In this document: in pieces, positions 9,401-18,248 of the stretch | How the letters are laid out: each line of letters starts with the position of its first letter | Numbering within the stretch: position 1 is the stretch's first letter | Origin: Phycisphaera mikurensis NBRC 102666 | GTDB lineage: Bacteria > Planctomycetota > Phycisphaerae > Phycisphaerales > Phycisphaeraceae | Direction of reading: 5' to 3' | Length of the DNA stretch: 32,000 nucleotides | Assembly: GCF_000284115.1 (NCBI RefSeq) | Contig: NC_017080.1 | Coordinates: forward strand, 1,230,001-1,262,000 | Position numbers and translations under genes: made by a program | Notes under the pieces: model-generated | Seen by the model: the letters and a program-made list of their open reading frames with translations, nothing else | Databases searched by the model: none | What the model was told of the DNA's origin: nothing

Positions 9401-9471
9401 GTTCCGGCGGCCCCGAGACGAGGGTGGAGACGGGGGTGGAAGCGGGGTTGGGGTCGGAGACGGGGACGGGG

Positions 9472-10488
9472 ATGGAGGCGGCGGCGGAGGCGGGTGGACA
9501 AGCGGGGCCGGGCACGCATGCCGGAGGGGCGGCCCAGGCCGGTCCGCTCACGCGTTTGCGCGAGGCCGGCTTCCCGGAGGCCTGGATCCAGCGGCTCCCC
9601 GGGCTCGTGCCCGCAGAGCGGCTCCAAGCGGCGGCGGAGCACTTCCTGGCGCCGCGCCCCGTCGCCCTCCGCGTCAACACGCTCCGCTTGGAGCCGCGGA
9701 CCGCGGCCGCGGCGCTCGCGCGGGACGGCCTGCCGGCCGAACCGGTGGCGTGGTCCGCGGCGGCGTTCACGGTGGATCCGCGGCGGCGGGCGTTGCTGGT
9801 CCGTCACCCGCTCGTGGAGCAAGGCGACGTCTACCCCCAGGGGCTCGCGTCGCAGCTGGCCGCTTTCGTGCTGGATCCGCGGCCGGGCGAGGCGGTGCTG
9901 GACCTGTGCGCCGCGCCCGGGGGCAAGACGCTCGACCTCGCCGCCCGGCTGGGGCCCGGTGCCGACCTGGCCGCCGTGGAGGCGAGCAAGCCGCGGTTCT
10001 TCCGCCTGAGGGCGAACCTCGAGCGGGCGGGGGCGGGCTCCGTGCGCACCTACCTGCACGACGGCCGCCGGACCGGGGACAAGGTGCCCGGCCGCTTCGA
10101 CGCCGTGCTGCTCGACGCGCCCTGCTCCGGCGACACCCGGCTGCGGGGAGGAGACGATCCCTCCGCGTGGTCGGTGTCGAAGGCGAGGCGGCTGGGCAGG
10201 AAGCAGCGTGACCTGCTCGCCTCGGCGATCCGCTGCACGCGGCCGGGCGGGCGCGTCCTCTACGCGACCTGCTCGATGTGCCCCGAGGAGAACGAGGCCG
10301 TGATCGACGCCGCGCTGAGGGGGGGTGCCGTGGCGGCGGAGCCGGTGGAGCTGCCGGCCGGTCTGGCGATCCCGGGGCTGGGCGCTTGGCGGAGCGAGAC
10401 CTTCGACGCCGGCGTCACCCGCGCCCGCCGGGTGCTGCCGGCGGGGCCGCACGAGGGCTTCTTCTTGGCGCTGCTCCGCGTGCGCTGA
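9472..10488 (+). CDS. RsmB/NOL1/NOP2/Sun-family RNA m5C methyltransferase
   Basis: VLDLCAAPGGKTLDLAARLG, FDAVLLDAPCSGDTRLR, RVLYATCSMCPEENEAVI; start codon uncertain (upstream in-frame GTGs exist). Confidence 0.88.
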   Translation: MEAAAEAGGQAGPGTHAGGAAQAGPLTRLREAGFPEAWIQRLPGLVPAERLQAAAEHFLAPRPVALRVNTLRLEPRTAAAALARDGLPAEPVAWSAAAFTVDPRRRALLVRHPLVEQGDVYPQGLASQLAAFVLDPRPGEAVLDLCAAPGGKTLDLAARLGPGADLAAVEASKPRFFRLRANLERAGAGSVRTYLHDGRRTGDKVPGRFDAVLLDAPCSGDTRLRGGDDPSAWSVSKARRLGRKQRDLLASAIRCTRPGGRVLYATCSMCPEENEAVIDAALRGGAVAAEPVELPAGLAIPGLGAWRSETFDAGVTRARRVLPAGPHEGFFLALLRVR

Positions 10489-10521
10489 AGGCGGCCGCAG
10501 CGGGGGCGGAGGCGGTGCGGC

Positions 10522-11376
10522 TCACCCGCCGCGGCGGAAGTCCGCGACGACCTCGGCCAGCCGCTTCCCGGTGGAGGTCCGCACGCTCGCGGCGACCGCG
10601 TCGGCGTCGGCTTCCACCCGGGGCGAGCCCCCGGCGGTGGCCACGACGAAGGTGCCGGCCGTCTGCCCCGGGGCCGCGAGAGCGAGCTGCTCGAGGGCCG
10701 GCCAGAGGTTCGGGACGCTGAAGACCGCGATGGCGTCGGGCGATGCGTCGGCGGGCAGCGGCACCGGGATCAGGCTGGCGTGGACGCGGAGGAAGCGTGC
10801 CTGCTGCTCCAGCGGGAGGGCGGCGAAGCCGGCCGGCAGCTCGGCCGCCGGCCCGCTGGGCGTGAGGAACACCGCGGGATCGGGGAGGTGCCCGCCCGCG
10901 AGCAGGGCGGCCGGGTCGGTCACCCGGGCCGCGCCGGGGCCGGCGTCGTCGGTGGCCCGCTGGATCGCTTCGGCCAGGGCGCGGGCCTGCTGCGTGGCTT
11001 CGGCCTGCTGCACCGCCGAGCGGGTGATCTCGACCACCGGCCCCACCATGGCCACCCCGATCGCGACCGCCAGCAGCGTCGTGATGGAGCCCAGCACGAC
11101 GCCCGCGACGGCGAGGCCCCGCCCGCCGGCCCGCTGGCCCGGGCGGCCGACGCGGAAGAGCGCCACCACCCCCAGCACGACGGCGACAACCCCGATCGGC
11201 ACGCCCACGAGGAAGCAGGCGGTCACGAGCCCGACGATCCCCAGCGCCAGCGACGCGATCGCGAGGCGGGAGGTGCCCGGCCGCGTCGCCTCCCGCTCCG
11301 CGTGCTCGGAGCGGTCGAAGCGGTCATCGAGGCCGCGTCGGCTGAGGAACTCTTCGTCTCGTCGGTCCATCGTCAT
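10522..11376 (-). CDS. DUF4190-like membrane protein
   Basis: SRLAIASLALGIVGLVTACFLVGVPIGVVAVVLGVVALFRV...GRGLAVAGVVLGSITTLLAVA pattern. Confidence 0.7.
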   Translation of the reverse strand: MTMDRRDEEFLSRRGLDDRFDRSEHAEREATRPGTSRLAIASLALGIVGLVTACFLVGVPIGVVAVVLGVVALFRVGRPGQRAGGRGLAVAGVVLGSITTLLAVAIGVAMVGPVVEITRSAVQQAEATQQARALAEAIQRATDDAGPGAARVTDPAALLAGGHLPDPAVFLTPSGPAAELPAGFAALPLEQQARFLRVHASLIPVPLPADASPDAIAVFSVPNLWPALEQLALAAPGQTAGTFVVATAGGSPRVEADADAVAASVRTSTGKRLAEVVADFRRGG

Positions 11377-11396
11377 GCTCCGGTTGTACCCGGGAA

Positions 11397-11430
11397 CGCG
11401 CCTCCGGCCGGGCCCGAGGCCGGAGGCGCG
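11397..11430. repeat. 13-bp perfect inverted repeat in intergenic space
   Basis: CGCGCCTCCGGCC (11397-11409) / GGCCGGAGGCGCG (11418-11430), loop GGGCCCGA; followed by CGAGAC-CGG-GTCTCG near 11440-11454. Confidence 0.7.
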
Positions 11431-11463
11431 GCCCCACCCGAGACCGGGTCTCGCGCCGCGCGT

Positions 11464-12069
11464 TCACTCGTACCGCTTGCCCCGGTGGTCGATCCAGCCG
11501 TCGGGGTGCCAGCCCCTGGGGTCCAGGTGCGTCCAGTGCAACGCCCCGCCGAGCTCGTTGCTCTCGAAGTCTCCGGCGAAGCCGAGCCGGTCGCCCTCCT
11601 GCGCCGGCACCCGCTCCGCGAGGTCGATGTTGTGCGAGACCTTGATGACGTGGCCGTCGGAGAGCTTCACGAGGAAGCGCTGGTGCCGCGAGCCGTCGAG
11701 GTCGTCGGGCAGGCAGCGGAAGACGACCCCGTCGCCCCGGGTCCAGTGCCCCTCGGCCCCGGCCCGCTGCAGGGCCGTGAGCGGGTCCTCGCCGCGGCGG
11801 GGCTTCACCCGCTTGGGTGGGGCGGTGCGGCCCTCCCGCCTCCCCGCCTTCTGCCGCTCCTTCGCCCGCTTCATCGCGGGCGACGGCCCCCGCGGCCCCG
11901 GCCGCATGTTGCCGCGGCCCGCCGGGCGGGCGGGGGCGCGGCCCGTGCCGCCGCTGCGTTTGCGGAAGACCGCCCTCAGCAGCTTGAGCACCGGCGGGAG
12001 CAGCGTCAACAGGGTCCGCCCCCAGCCCGCTGCCCCGGTCTTCCTCGCGTCCCGCTTCGGCTTCGCCAT
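11464..12069 (-). CDS. DUF3465-like domain protein with basic, low-complexity N-terminus
   Basis: GSRHQRFLVKLSDGHVIKVSHNIDLAERVPAQEGDRLGFAGDFESNELGGALHWTHLDPRGWHPDGWIDHRGKRYE matches the recalled DUF3465 pattern. Confidence 0.75.
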   Translation of the reverse strand: MAKPKRDARKTGAAGWGRTLLTLLPPVLKLLRAVFRKRSGGTGRAPARPAGRGNMRPGPRGPSPAMKRAKERQKAGRREGRTAPPKRVKPRRGEDPLTALQRAGAEGHWTRGDGVVFRCLPDDLDGSRHQRFLVKLSDGHVIKVSHNIDLAERVPAQEGDRLGFAGDFESNELGGALHWTHLDPRGWHPDGWIDHRGKRYE

Positions 12070-12081
12070 CGGGCGAACCTA

Positions 12082-12276
12082 TCAGCGGGACGGATCCGGC
12101 GGCGTCGGCACCCGCTGCTCGGCCGAGCCCGCGGGCGCCCCCGGCGTCGCCGGGGCGCTCCCTCCGATCACGCCCCCAAGCCGGAGCAACGCCAAGACGA
12201 GCCCGAAGCTCAGCGCGATCACCACGGCCGCGGTGCGGGCTCGCCGGGATCCCGCAGCCGAGGGCGTCATCTTCAC
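12082..12276 (-). CDS. Small single-pass membrane protein
   Basis: MKMTPSAAGSRRARTAAVVIALSFGLVLALLRLGGVIGGSAP...; same strand and close to the DUF3465-like CDS. Confidence 0.4.
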   Translation of the reverse strand: MKMTPSAAGSRRARTAAVVIALSFGLVLALLRLGGVIGGSAPATPGAPAGSAEQRVPTPPDPSR

Positions 12277-12405
12277 GCGGCGAGCTTATCCCCGCACCCG
12301 TTGCCCGGACCCATTGCCCGGACTCCGTGAACCGCCCGCCGCTCCACCCGGACCCGGGGACGCGGCCGGGCTTGCGGGGCGGAGGCGCCGTGGCCGGCAG
12401 CGGCC

Positions 12406-14040
12406 TCAGCGGGCGAAGTCGACGGTCCGCATCTCGCGCATCACCGTGATCTTGATCTCGCCGGGGAAGCTCATCTCGTCGCTGACCCGCTGCGCGATCG
12501 AGCGGGCCATGACGTGGCACCCCGCGTCGTCGATGCCGTGCGGGTCGACGATGACGCGGACCTCCCGGCCGGCCTGGATGGCGTAGGCCTCCCGGACCCC
12601 CCGGGTCCGCCGCGCGATGCCCTCGAGCTCGCGCAGCCGCTTGACGTACTTCTCCATCGTCTCGCGGCGGGCGCCGGGCCGGGCGCCCGAAATCGCGTCC
12701 GCCGCCATCACCACCGGCGTGTAAGGCGTCGTCGCGATCACGTCGTTGTGGTGGCCCTCGACGGCGTTCAGCACCGCCTCGGACCTCTCCCCGTGCTTGC
12801 GCAGAAAGTCGGCACCGATGCGGGGGTGGCCGCCCTCCACGTCGTGGTCCATGGCCTTGCCCAGGTCGTGCAGGAAGCCGCAGCGGCGGGCGAGGGCCCC
12901 GTCGAGCCCCAGCTCGTCCGCGATGACCTGGCACAGGAAGGCGACCTCCACCGAGTGGCGGAGGATGTTCTGCCCGTAGCTCGTGCGGTAGTGCATCCGG
13001 CCCATCGCCTCGATCACCCTGGGGTGCAGGCCGGGCAGGTGGACCTCGTTGGCGGCGTCCCGGCCGAACTTCTGGATCCGCTCGGTGAAGTCCTCGCTGA
13101 CCTTCTCCACGACCTCCTCGATGCGGGCGGGGTGGATGCGGCCGTCCTTGAGCAGGATCGTGAGCGCCTCGGTGGCCGTCGCCCTGCGGACCGGGTCGAA
13201 GCAGGACACCGTGATGATGCCCGGCGTGTCGTCCACCACGACGTCCACGCCCATCGCGGCTTCGAAGGCGCGGATGTTGCGGCCCTCGCGGCCGATGACG
13301 CGCCCCTTCATCGCGTCGTCCTCGATCTTGACCGTGTTCGACGTGCTCTCGGCGGAGTGCTCGCTGGCGTACCGCTGAATCGCTTCGAGGGTGATCCGCA
13401 TCGCCTCCTGCTTGGCGTCGGCCGCCGCCCGCTCCTGCGAAGCCTTCACGATGGCGGCGGCTTCCTCCTGGCAGGCGTTGGTCAGCGCCGTCAGCGCCTC
13501 GCGCTTGGCCTCCTCCTCGCTCATGCGGGCGGCTCGGAGCAGCGTCTCGCGGTGCTCCTTGTCGAACGCCGCCCGCTCGGCGGCCAGCTCGCGCTCGCAC
13601 CCGTTGATGCGGTCCTCCCGCTTGGCCAGCGCCGCCTTGAGCCGCTCGTGGCGCTCGTCCTGCTCCCCCATCGCCCGCTCCCGGGCGGCGAGGGTGGCCA
13701 GCTTCGTGTCGAGCAGGTCCTCCCGCTTGGTCAGCCGCCGCTGCGACTCGACGAGCTTGTCGCGGTCGCCCTGCAGCTCCTTCTCCAGGCCCTCCCGCCG
13801 CTCGGCGACCGCGTTCCGGGCGTCGAGCTCGATCTGCTTGGCGCGGATGCGGCCTTCCTGCTCGGCGGCCGCGAGCTTGGTCTCGATCTCCCGCCGCGTG
13901 GCCGCGAGGCTGCGGGCGCCGGACTGCCGGCTGACCACGTAGCCGAGGATGAGGCCGCCGGCGAGCGCGAACAGCACGAGCCAGAGGTTCTGCGGCTCGC
14001 TGAGGACCGCCAGCGAGGGCGTGAGGGGGTCGGTGTTCAT
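12406..14040 (-). CDS. rny: Ribonuclease Y
   Basis: N-terminal TM plus coiled coil, KH segment (VKIEDDAMKGRVIGREGRNIRAFEAAMGVDVVVDD), HD domain (LARRCGFLHDLGKAMDHDVEGGHPRIGADF); start taken at MNTDPL inside ORF 12406..14148. Confidence 0.95.
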   Translation of the reverse strand: MNTDPLTPSLAVLSEPQNLWLVLFALAGGLILGYVVSRQSGARSLAATRREIETKLAAAEQEGRIRAKQIELDARNAVAERREGLEKELQGDRDKLVESQRRLTKREDLLDTKLATLAARERAMGEQDERHERLKAALAKREDRINGCERELAAERAAFDKEHRETLLRAARMSEEEAKREALTALTNACQEEAAAIVKASQERAAADAKQEAMRITLEAIQRYASEHSAESTSNTVKIEDDAMKGRVIGREGRNIRAFEAAMGVDVVVDDTPGIITVSCFDPVRRATATEALTILLKDGRIHPARIEEVVEKVSEDFTERIQKFGRDAANEVHLPGLHPRVIEAMGRMHYRTSYGQNILRHSVEVAFLCQVIADELGLDGALARRCGFLHDLGKAMDHDVEGGHPRIGADFLRKHGERSEAVLNAVEGHHNDVIATTPYTPVVMAADAISGARPGARRETMEKYVKRLRELEGIARRTRGVREAYAIQAGREVRVIVDPHGIDDAGCHVMARSIAQRVSDEMSFPGEIKITVMREMRTVDFAR

Positions 14041-14396
14041 GGTTCCCTTGGGTTTTGCGGGGCCGCGGCGTTCGCACGCGGCCCCACGGGGGAACCTTTT
14101 GTTGGAAAAACCGGCTGAGCCCCGCCGGTCGGGAACCGACGGGGTCACGCGGGACGCGTTCCGGGTGTTCGCGGGGAGGGGGGAAGCCTGCGGGCGGAAG
14201 AACCTCGGAGCGGGCGGAAGCCGCCGGGTGACACTCCGCGGCGGGGCGGCCGTGGCGTCGTGACGCCGGCCGTGTCAACAAAAGGTGGGAGCGTCGGGTC
14301 GGCCGCGACGGGCCGGCAACGCGGATCTTGGGGTGGAAGAAGGGGGGCCGGCGGCCCCCGCCTCGGCCGGGATCGTATGCCGGCCCGCGGGGGGGC

Positions 14397-15191
14397 TCAA
14401 CCCGAGGCGGCGGACGCGTCGCCGCAGCCCCCGGGGCCGGTCGCCGGCGGGGGTCGCCTAGGGGTCGCGGGCCGGCCGGCGGCTCCGCGGGTGTTGGCGA
14501 AGCGGACCGCCCGCACGCCGCGGTAGACCAGCGACTCGAAGGGAAGAACGACCAGCAGCGCCGCGAGGATCAGCGCCGCGGGCCCGAGCGTCACGCCCAG
14601 CAGCGGGTCGCCGGTGATCCGGGCGAGGGTGCGGCCGAGCCCGCCGTTCTGCGCCACCCGCCCGACGGCAAGGGCGATGACGACGCCGGGCAGCCAGCCG
14701 GGCGCGGCGTAGCAGGCCACCTTCTCCGCAAGCGCGAGCGGCACGCGCCAGCCGCGCACGCGGCTGAAGAGGGCCACGCCGAGCACCTCCAGGTACGTCA
14801 GCGCCACCACCGCCTGCGCCGCGACCATGCCGTGGCCCCACGCCAGAACCGGCGGCCGCCCGAACCAGAGCTTCTCGGTGAGCGACCAGACGCAGCCGAT
14901 GGCCGTCGCGTTGGCCAGCAGGTACAGCCGGGGCGGCAGCCCGGCGGCGGCGGGGTCGAGCCGCGCGTAGAAACCGCGGGGCCCCCGCAGCAACCCCCCG
15001 GCCGTTTGGAGGAAGGTGGACGCCGCCATGCGCCGCGCCCACGGCGGGCCGGTGCGGGCGGCGCCGTCCGAGGCCGCGGCGTCGAGCCCGCACTCGGGGC
15101 AGGCGACCGGACGCGGCGAGCGTCGGTCCGACGCGAGCGTGTACCCGCATGCCTCGCACAGCACCGCTGCGGGTGGGGGAACCGGCCGCAC
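14397..15191 (-). CDS. Zinc-ribbon membrane protein
   Basis: VLCEACGYTLASDRRSPRPVACPECGLDAA followed by several hydrophobic helices; probable GTG start; part of ORF 14397..16808. Confidence 0.65.
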   Translation of the reverse strand: MRPVPPPAAVLCEACGYTLASDRRSPRPVACPECGLDAAASDGAARTGPPWARRMAASTFLQTAGGLLRGPRGFYARLDPAAAGLPPRLYLLANATAIGCVWSLTEKLWFGRPPVLAWGHGMVAAQAVVALTYLEVLGVALFSRVRGWRVPLALAEKVACYAAPGWLPGVVIALAVGRVAQNGGLGRTLARITGDPLLGVTLGPAALILAALLVVLPFESLVYRGVRAVRFANTRGAAGRPATPRRPPPATGPGGCGDASAASG

Positions 15192-15196
15192 CGCCC

Positions 15197-16861
15197 TCAG
15201 CGCCTCCCGCTTGGGCGGTTCCGGGGCAGCGTCAGCAGGAAGGTCGCGCCGGGCCCGGGGCCGTCCCGCGTGGTAAGCGTCCGCCGCGGACCGCCGTCGC
15301 TTCGGGGGGTTTCGGCCGACGGTCCGCGGCTCTGCACGTGGATCGTCCCGCCGAGCAGCTCCGCCAGCTCCCGCGAGATCGTCAGGCCCAGGCCGGTGCC
15401 GCCGTGGGCGCGGGTGACGCTGGTTTCGAGCTGGATGAACTTCTCGAAGATGCGCTCCTGGTCCTCGGGGGCGACGCCGGGCCCCTGGTCGCTCACGCGG
15501 AAGAGCAGCCGCCCCGTCGCGTCCTCCTCCCCCACGCCCAGGGTCACCACGCCGCCGGGCGGGCTGAACTTCACGGCGTTGGCGAGCAGGTTGAAGAGGA
15601 TCTGCTGCAGCTTGCCCGCGTCGGTGGTCAGCGTGGGCAGGCCGGGCTCCAGCCGCACCTTGACGGCGACGTTCTTCTTCTCCGCGAGCGGCCGGATGAG
15701 CGCGGCCAGGCCTTCGCAGGTGTCGCGGAGCGAGACCGGGGCGAGGCGGACCTCCAGCCGGCCGGCCTCGATCTTCGCGAGGTCCAGCAGGTCGTTGATG
15801 AGCTCGAGCAGCCGCTTGCTGGAGAGGATGATGTTGCCCGCGTACCGCTGGCGCTTCTCGGCCTGGGCCGCGGAGTCGTTCCGCGGCCGCTCCGCCTCCT
15901 CGGCGTCGAGGCTGCTCTGCAGCACCTCGGCGAAGCCGATGATCGAGTTCAGCGGCGTCCGCAGCTCGTGGCTCACGTTCGCGAGGAACTCGTTCTTCAT
16001 CTTGTTCGCCTCGTAGAGCGTGACGTTGCTCTCGGCGAGCTCGACGAGCTTGAGGTCCAGCGACTTGTTGACCCGGAACAGCTGGTCCTGCTTGTTCTTG
16101 AGCCCGTCGAGCATCTGGTTGAACACGTCGGAGAGCTGCTCGAACTCGTCGCCGGTGTTGATGTCGCTCCGCAGCGAGAGGTCGCCGTTGGCCACGCGGA
16201 GCGCATAGCCCCGCAGCACCCGCACCGGCGAGAGCACCAGCCGCGTGGTCACGAACCAGAAGGTGGTGATCGCCAGCAGGCCCGCGAGCAGGCCGGCGGC
16301 GACGATGTACACGCGGTTGCGGAGCAGCTGGGCCGCGACCTCGGAGTCGCGGATCTCCACAAGCAGGACGGCGGCGAGCGGGGCGGGGGGCTCGGCCGCT
16401 TCGGGATCGCCGGGATCGCCGGGATCGTCCGCGGGCGGGACGCCGCGGATCGCGCGGGCGTAGCGGTAGAAGCGGGTGCCGTCCGCGTCCTCCGCGGCCT
16501 CGCCGAGCTCGACGGCGGCGGGGTCGGCGCGGAAACGCTCGGCGGCGGCCGCGAGGAAGGGGTTGGTGTCCGAGAGTCCGTCGACCTCCGCGTCGTCCAC
16601 CCGGCCGAGCACGAGCCCGGCGGCCTCCCCGGTCGCCCCGGGCCCCGGCGGGGCGGCCAGGTCGATCCGGCCGTCGAGGTACAGCCCCGCGAGGTCGCGC
16701 GAGCGGCGGAGCGGGCCCTCGGTCACCAGCGCCTGCATGCGCAGCCCGACGACCAGCAGCGCCGCGGTGAGGATCAGCAGCACCGCAAGCCCGAACAGCA
16801 GCTGGCACTTCGCGGCGAGCGAGAGGCGGATCGTCGGGAGGTTGGGGAGGCTCGGAGGCAC
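15197..16861 (-). CDS. Membrane sensor histidine kinase with HAMP domain
   Basis: Two TM segments, HAMP-like RVLRGYALRVANGDLSLRSDI, H-box NVSHELRTPLNSIIGFAE, N-box LFNLLANAVKFSP, G-boxes VSDQGPGVAPEDQERIFEKF and GGTGLGLTISRELAELLGG. Confidence 0.93.
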   Translation of the reverse strand: MPPSLPNLPTIRLSLAAKCQLLFGLAVLLILTAALLVVGLRMQALVTEGPLRRSRDLAGLYLDGRIDLAAPPGPGATGEAAGLVLGRVDDAEVDGLSDTNPFLAAAAERFRADPAAVELGEAAEDADGTRFYRYARAIRGVPPADDPGDPGDPEAAEPPAPLAAVLLVEIRDSEVAAQLLRNRVYIVAAGLLAGLLAITTFWFVTTRLVLSPVRVLRGYALRVANGDLSLRSDINTGDEFEQLSDVFNQMLDGLKNKQDQLFRVNKSLDLKLVELAESNVTLYEANKMKNEFLANVSHELRTPLNSIIGFAEVLQSSLDAEEAERPRNDSAAQAEKRQRYAGNIILSSKRLLELINDLLDLAKIEAGRLEVRLAPVSLRDTCEGLAALIRPLAEKKNVAVKVRLEPGLPTLTTDAGKLQQILFNLLANAVKFSPPGGVVTLGVGEEDATGRLLFRVSDQGPGVAPEDQERIFEKFIQLETSVTRAHGGTGLGLTISRELAELLGGTIHVQSRGPSAETPRSDGGPRRTLTTRDGPGPGATFLLTLPRNRPSGRR

Positions 16862-16882
16862 GGGCCTGGAGGATGACAGGGA

Positions 16883-16903
16883 GCGAGCGGCTGCGCCGCG
16901 GCA
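16883..16903. repeat. GCGAGCGGCTGCGCCGCGGCA repeat, copy 1
   Basis: 21 nt identical to 17981-18001; contains GCGGC-TGC-GCCGC mini-hairpin (16887-16899). Confidence 0.8.
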
Positions 16904-16949
16904 GGGAAGCAGAAGGGCAGGCCAGCGAGCCGGAAGACCGACGGGGCCG

Positions 16950-17975
16950 TCAGCGGGGTTCGGCGAGGCGGACCCGCAGCGGGCGGTGGAGGGCGAAGGG
17001 CTCGTCGTCGATTGCGGGGCCGGCGGTGGCGGTGGCGGACCAGCCGGCGGGCAGGTCCGCCCAGGCGTGGTCCAGCGGCGGAGGCCAGGGGCGGACGTGG
17101 CCCGGGGGGAGCAGCCGGAGCTTCCGGTCGGCGGCGACGACCGACCACGGAGCCAGGCCGAAGCCGCCGACGGCCAGGATCGGCGCGTCGACGCCCTCCG
17201 GGCGGGGCGGGGGCGGGCCGGTGGAGACCACGAGGCGCAGGCGGTCGTCCCCCCGCTCCAGGTCGGCGGCGAGGGCGGCCGGTCCGTCGGGGCGGGCGGC
17301 GCCGGACTTCACGTCGCGGCGGACCCACACGGCGAGGCCGTCGTCGCCCGCGGCGGGGCGGCTGCCGGCGAGCCGGTAGCCGTCGAGCAGCGGGGTCACC
17401 GTCTGGGCAACGCCGGGCCGGGCGCCGGCGGCGGTCACCGCGTCGGGCTCCAGACGCGCCACCTCCGAAGCGAGGTCGTCGAGGCGATCCGCCCCGGCGA
17501 GGTGGGCGTGGAGGACGGTCCAGGTCGCCGCCTCCGGCGGGCCGCTCCACAGCGCCTCCGCCGCCGCCGGCCACCCGCCCCGCACGGGCACCGCCGCGAC
17601 CACGAGCAGGTTCGCCGCGAGCGCCAGCCCCGCCAGCGACGCGCTGAGCAGCCGCTTCGTCGCCAGCGCCGGCAGCAGCAGCACGAACGCGAGCAGGCCG
17701 AGGTGGAGCCGCAGCACCGAGCACCACCAGCCCCAGCCCCAGCCCCCGGACCCCGATCCGCGTACCGCCGCCGTTTCCGCCGCTCCCGCGCCGCGGTCCG
17801 CGGCTTCTCCGCCCGCTCCGCCCGCTCCGCCGGCCCAAGCCGGCCAGCCGAGGCCGTCGACCGCCGGCCACGCCGTCGCCGCCAGCGTCGCCGCCGCGAG
17901 CAGCAGCAGCACCAGCCCAAAGAGCGTCCGCTTGCGGCCGCGGCGTTCGGCGGCGGTGGGGGCGAAGGGGTTCAT
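16950..17975 (-). CDS. Endonuclease/exonuclease/phosphatase-like membrane protein
   Basis: Three hydrophobic N-terminal segments then WTVLHAHLAG...RLDDLASEVARLEPDAVTAAG...LAVWVRRD...ILAVGGFGLAPWS; degenerate EEP-like pattern. Confidence 0.5.
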   Translation of the reverse strand: MNPFAPTAAERRGRKRTLFGLVLLLLAAATLAATAWPAVDGLGWPAWAGGAGGAGGEAADRGAGAAETAAVRGSGSGGWGWGWWCSVLRLHLGLLAFVLLLPALATKRLLSASLAGLALAANLLVVAAVPVRGGWPAAAEALWSGPPEAATWTVLHAHLAGADRLDDLASEVARLEPDAVTAAGARPGVAQTVTPLLDGYRLAGSRPAAGDDGLAVWVRRDVKSGAARPDGPAALAADLERGDDRLRLVVSTGPPPPRPEGVDAPILAVGGFGLAPWSVVAADRKLRLLPPGHVRPWPPPLDHAWADLPAGWSATATAGPAIDDEPFALHRPLRVRLAEPR

Positions 17976-17980
17976 GAGGG

Positions 17981-18001
17981 GCGAGCGGCTGCGCCGCGGC
18001 A
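17981..18001. repeat. GCGAGCGGCTGCGCCGCGGCA repeat, copy 2
   Basis: 21 nt identical to 16883-16903; mini-hairpin 17985-17997; lies 5 nt upstream of the EEP-like start codon on the minus strand. Confidence 0.8.
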
Positions 18002-18085
18002 AGGGAAGAAGCGAAGAATTGAAGAAGTGAAGAAGCGGGGAAGCGAAGAAGCGGGGAAGCGAAGAAGCGGAGAAGCGAAGAAGTC
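18001..18085. repeat. Purine-rich GAAGCG/GAAGAAG repeat tract
   Basis: Nearly uninterrupted purine-rich AAGCGAAGAAGCGGGGAAGCGAAGAAG-type repeats on the plus strand. Confidence 0.8.
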
Positions 18086-18136
18086 AGCAGCGGCGCGGGC
18101 GCGGTCGGCGCAGCCGCCGCGTCTTGTCTGACTCTC

Positions 18137-18248
18137 TTACTTCCTCACTTCTTCGCTTCTTCGCTTGGTCGGCGCAGCCGACGCGCCCTGCCTGACTCAC
18201 TCACTTCCTCACTTCCTCGCTTCTTCGCTTGGTCGGCGCAGCCGACGC
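18137..18248. repeat. Two direct copies of TYACTTCCTCACTTCYTCGCTTCTTCGCTTGGTCGGCGCAGCCGACGC, 64-nt offset
   Basis: Copy A starts 18137, copy B starts 18201; each carries GTCGGC-GCA-GCCGAC (18168-18182 and 18232-18246). Confidence 0.85.

Noticed and set aside
12514-14118. 534-aa plus-strand ORF antisense to rny
   Set aside because: rny on the minus strand has clear KH and HD motifs; antisense frame is shadow coding.
15197-16861. Two-component pair or signalling system around the histidine kinase
   Set aside because: No response regulator is encoded nearby; neighbours are a zinc-ribbon membrane protein and an EEP-like protein. Treated as an orphan kinase.
18001-18248. CRISPR-like array in the short repeats
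   Set aside because: Repeats are simple-sequence variants with irregular spacing, no unique spacers and no cas genes.
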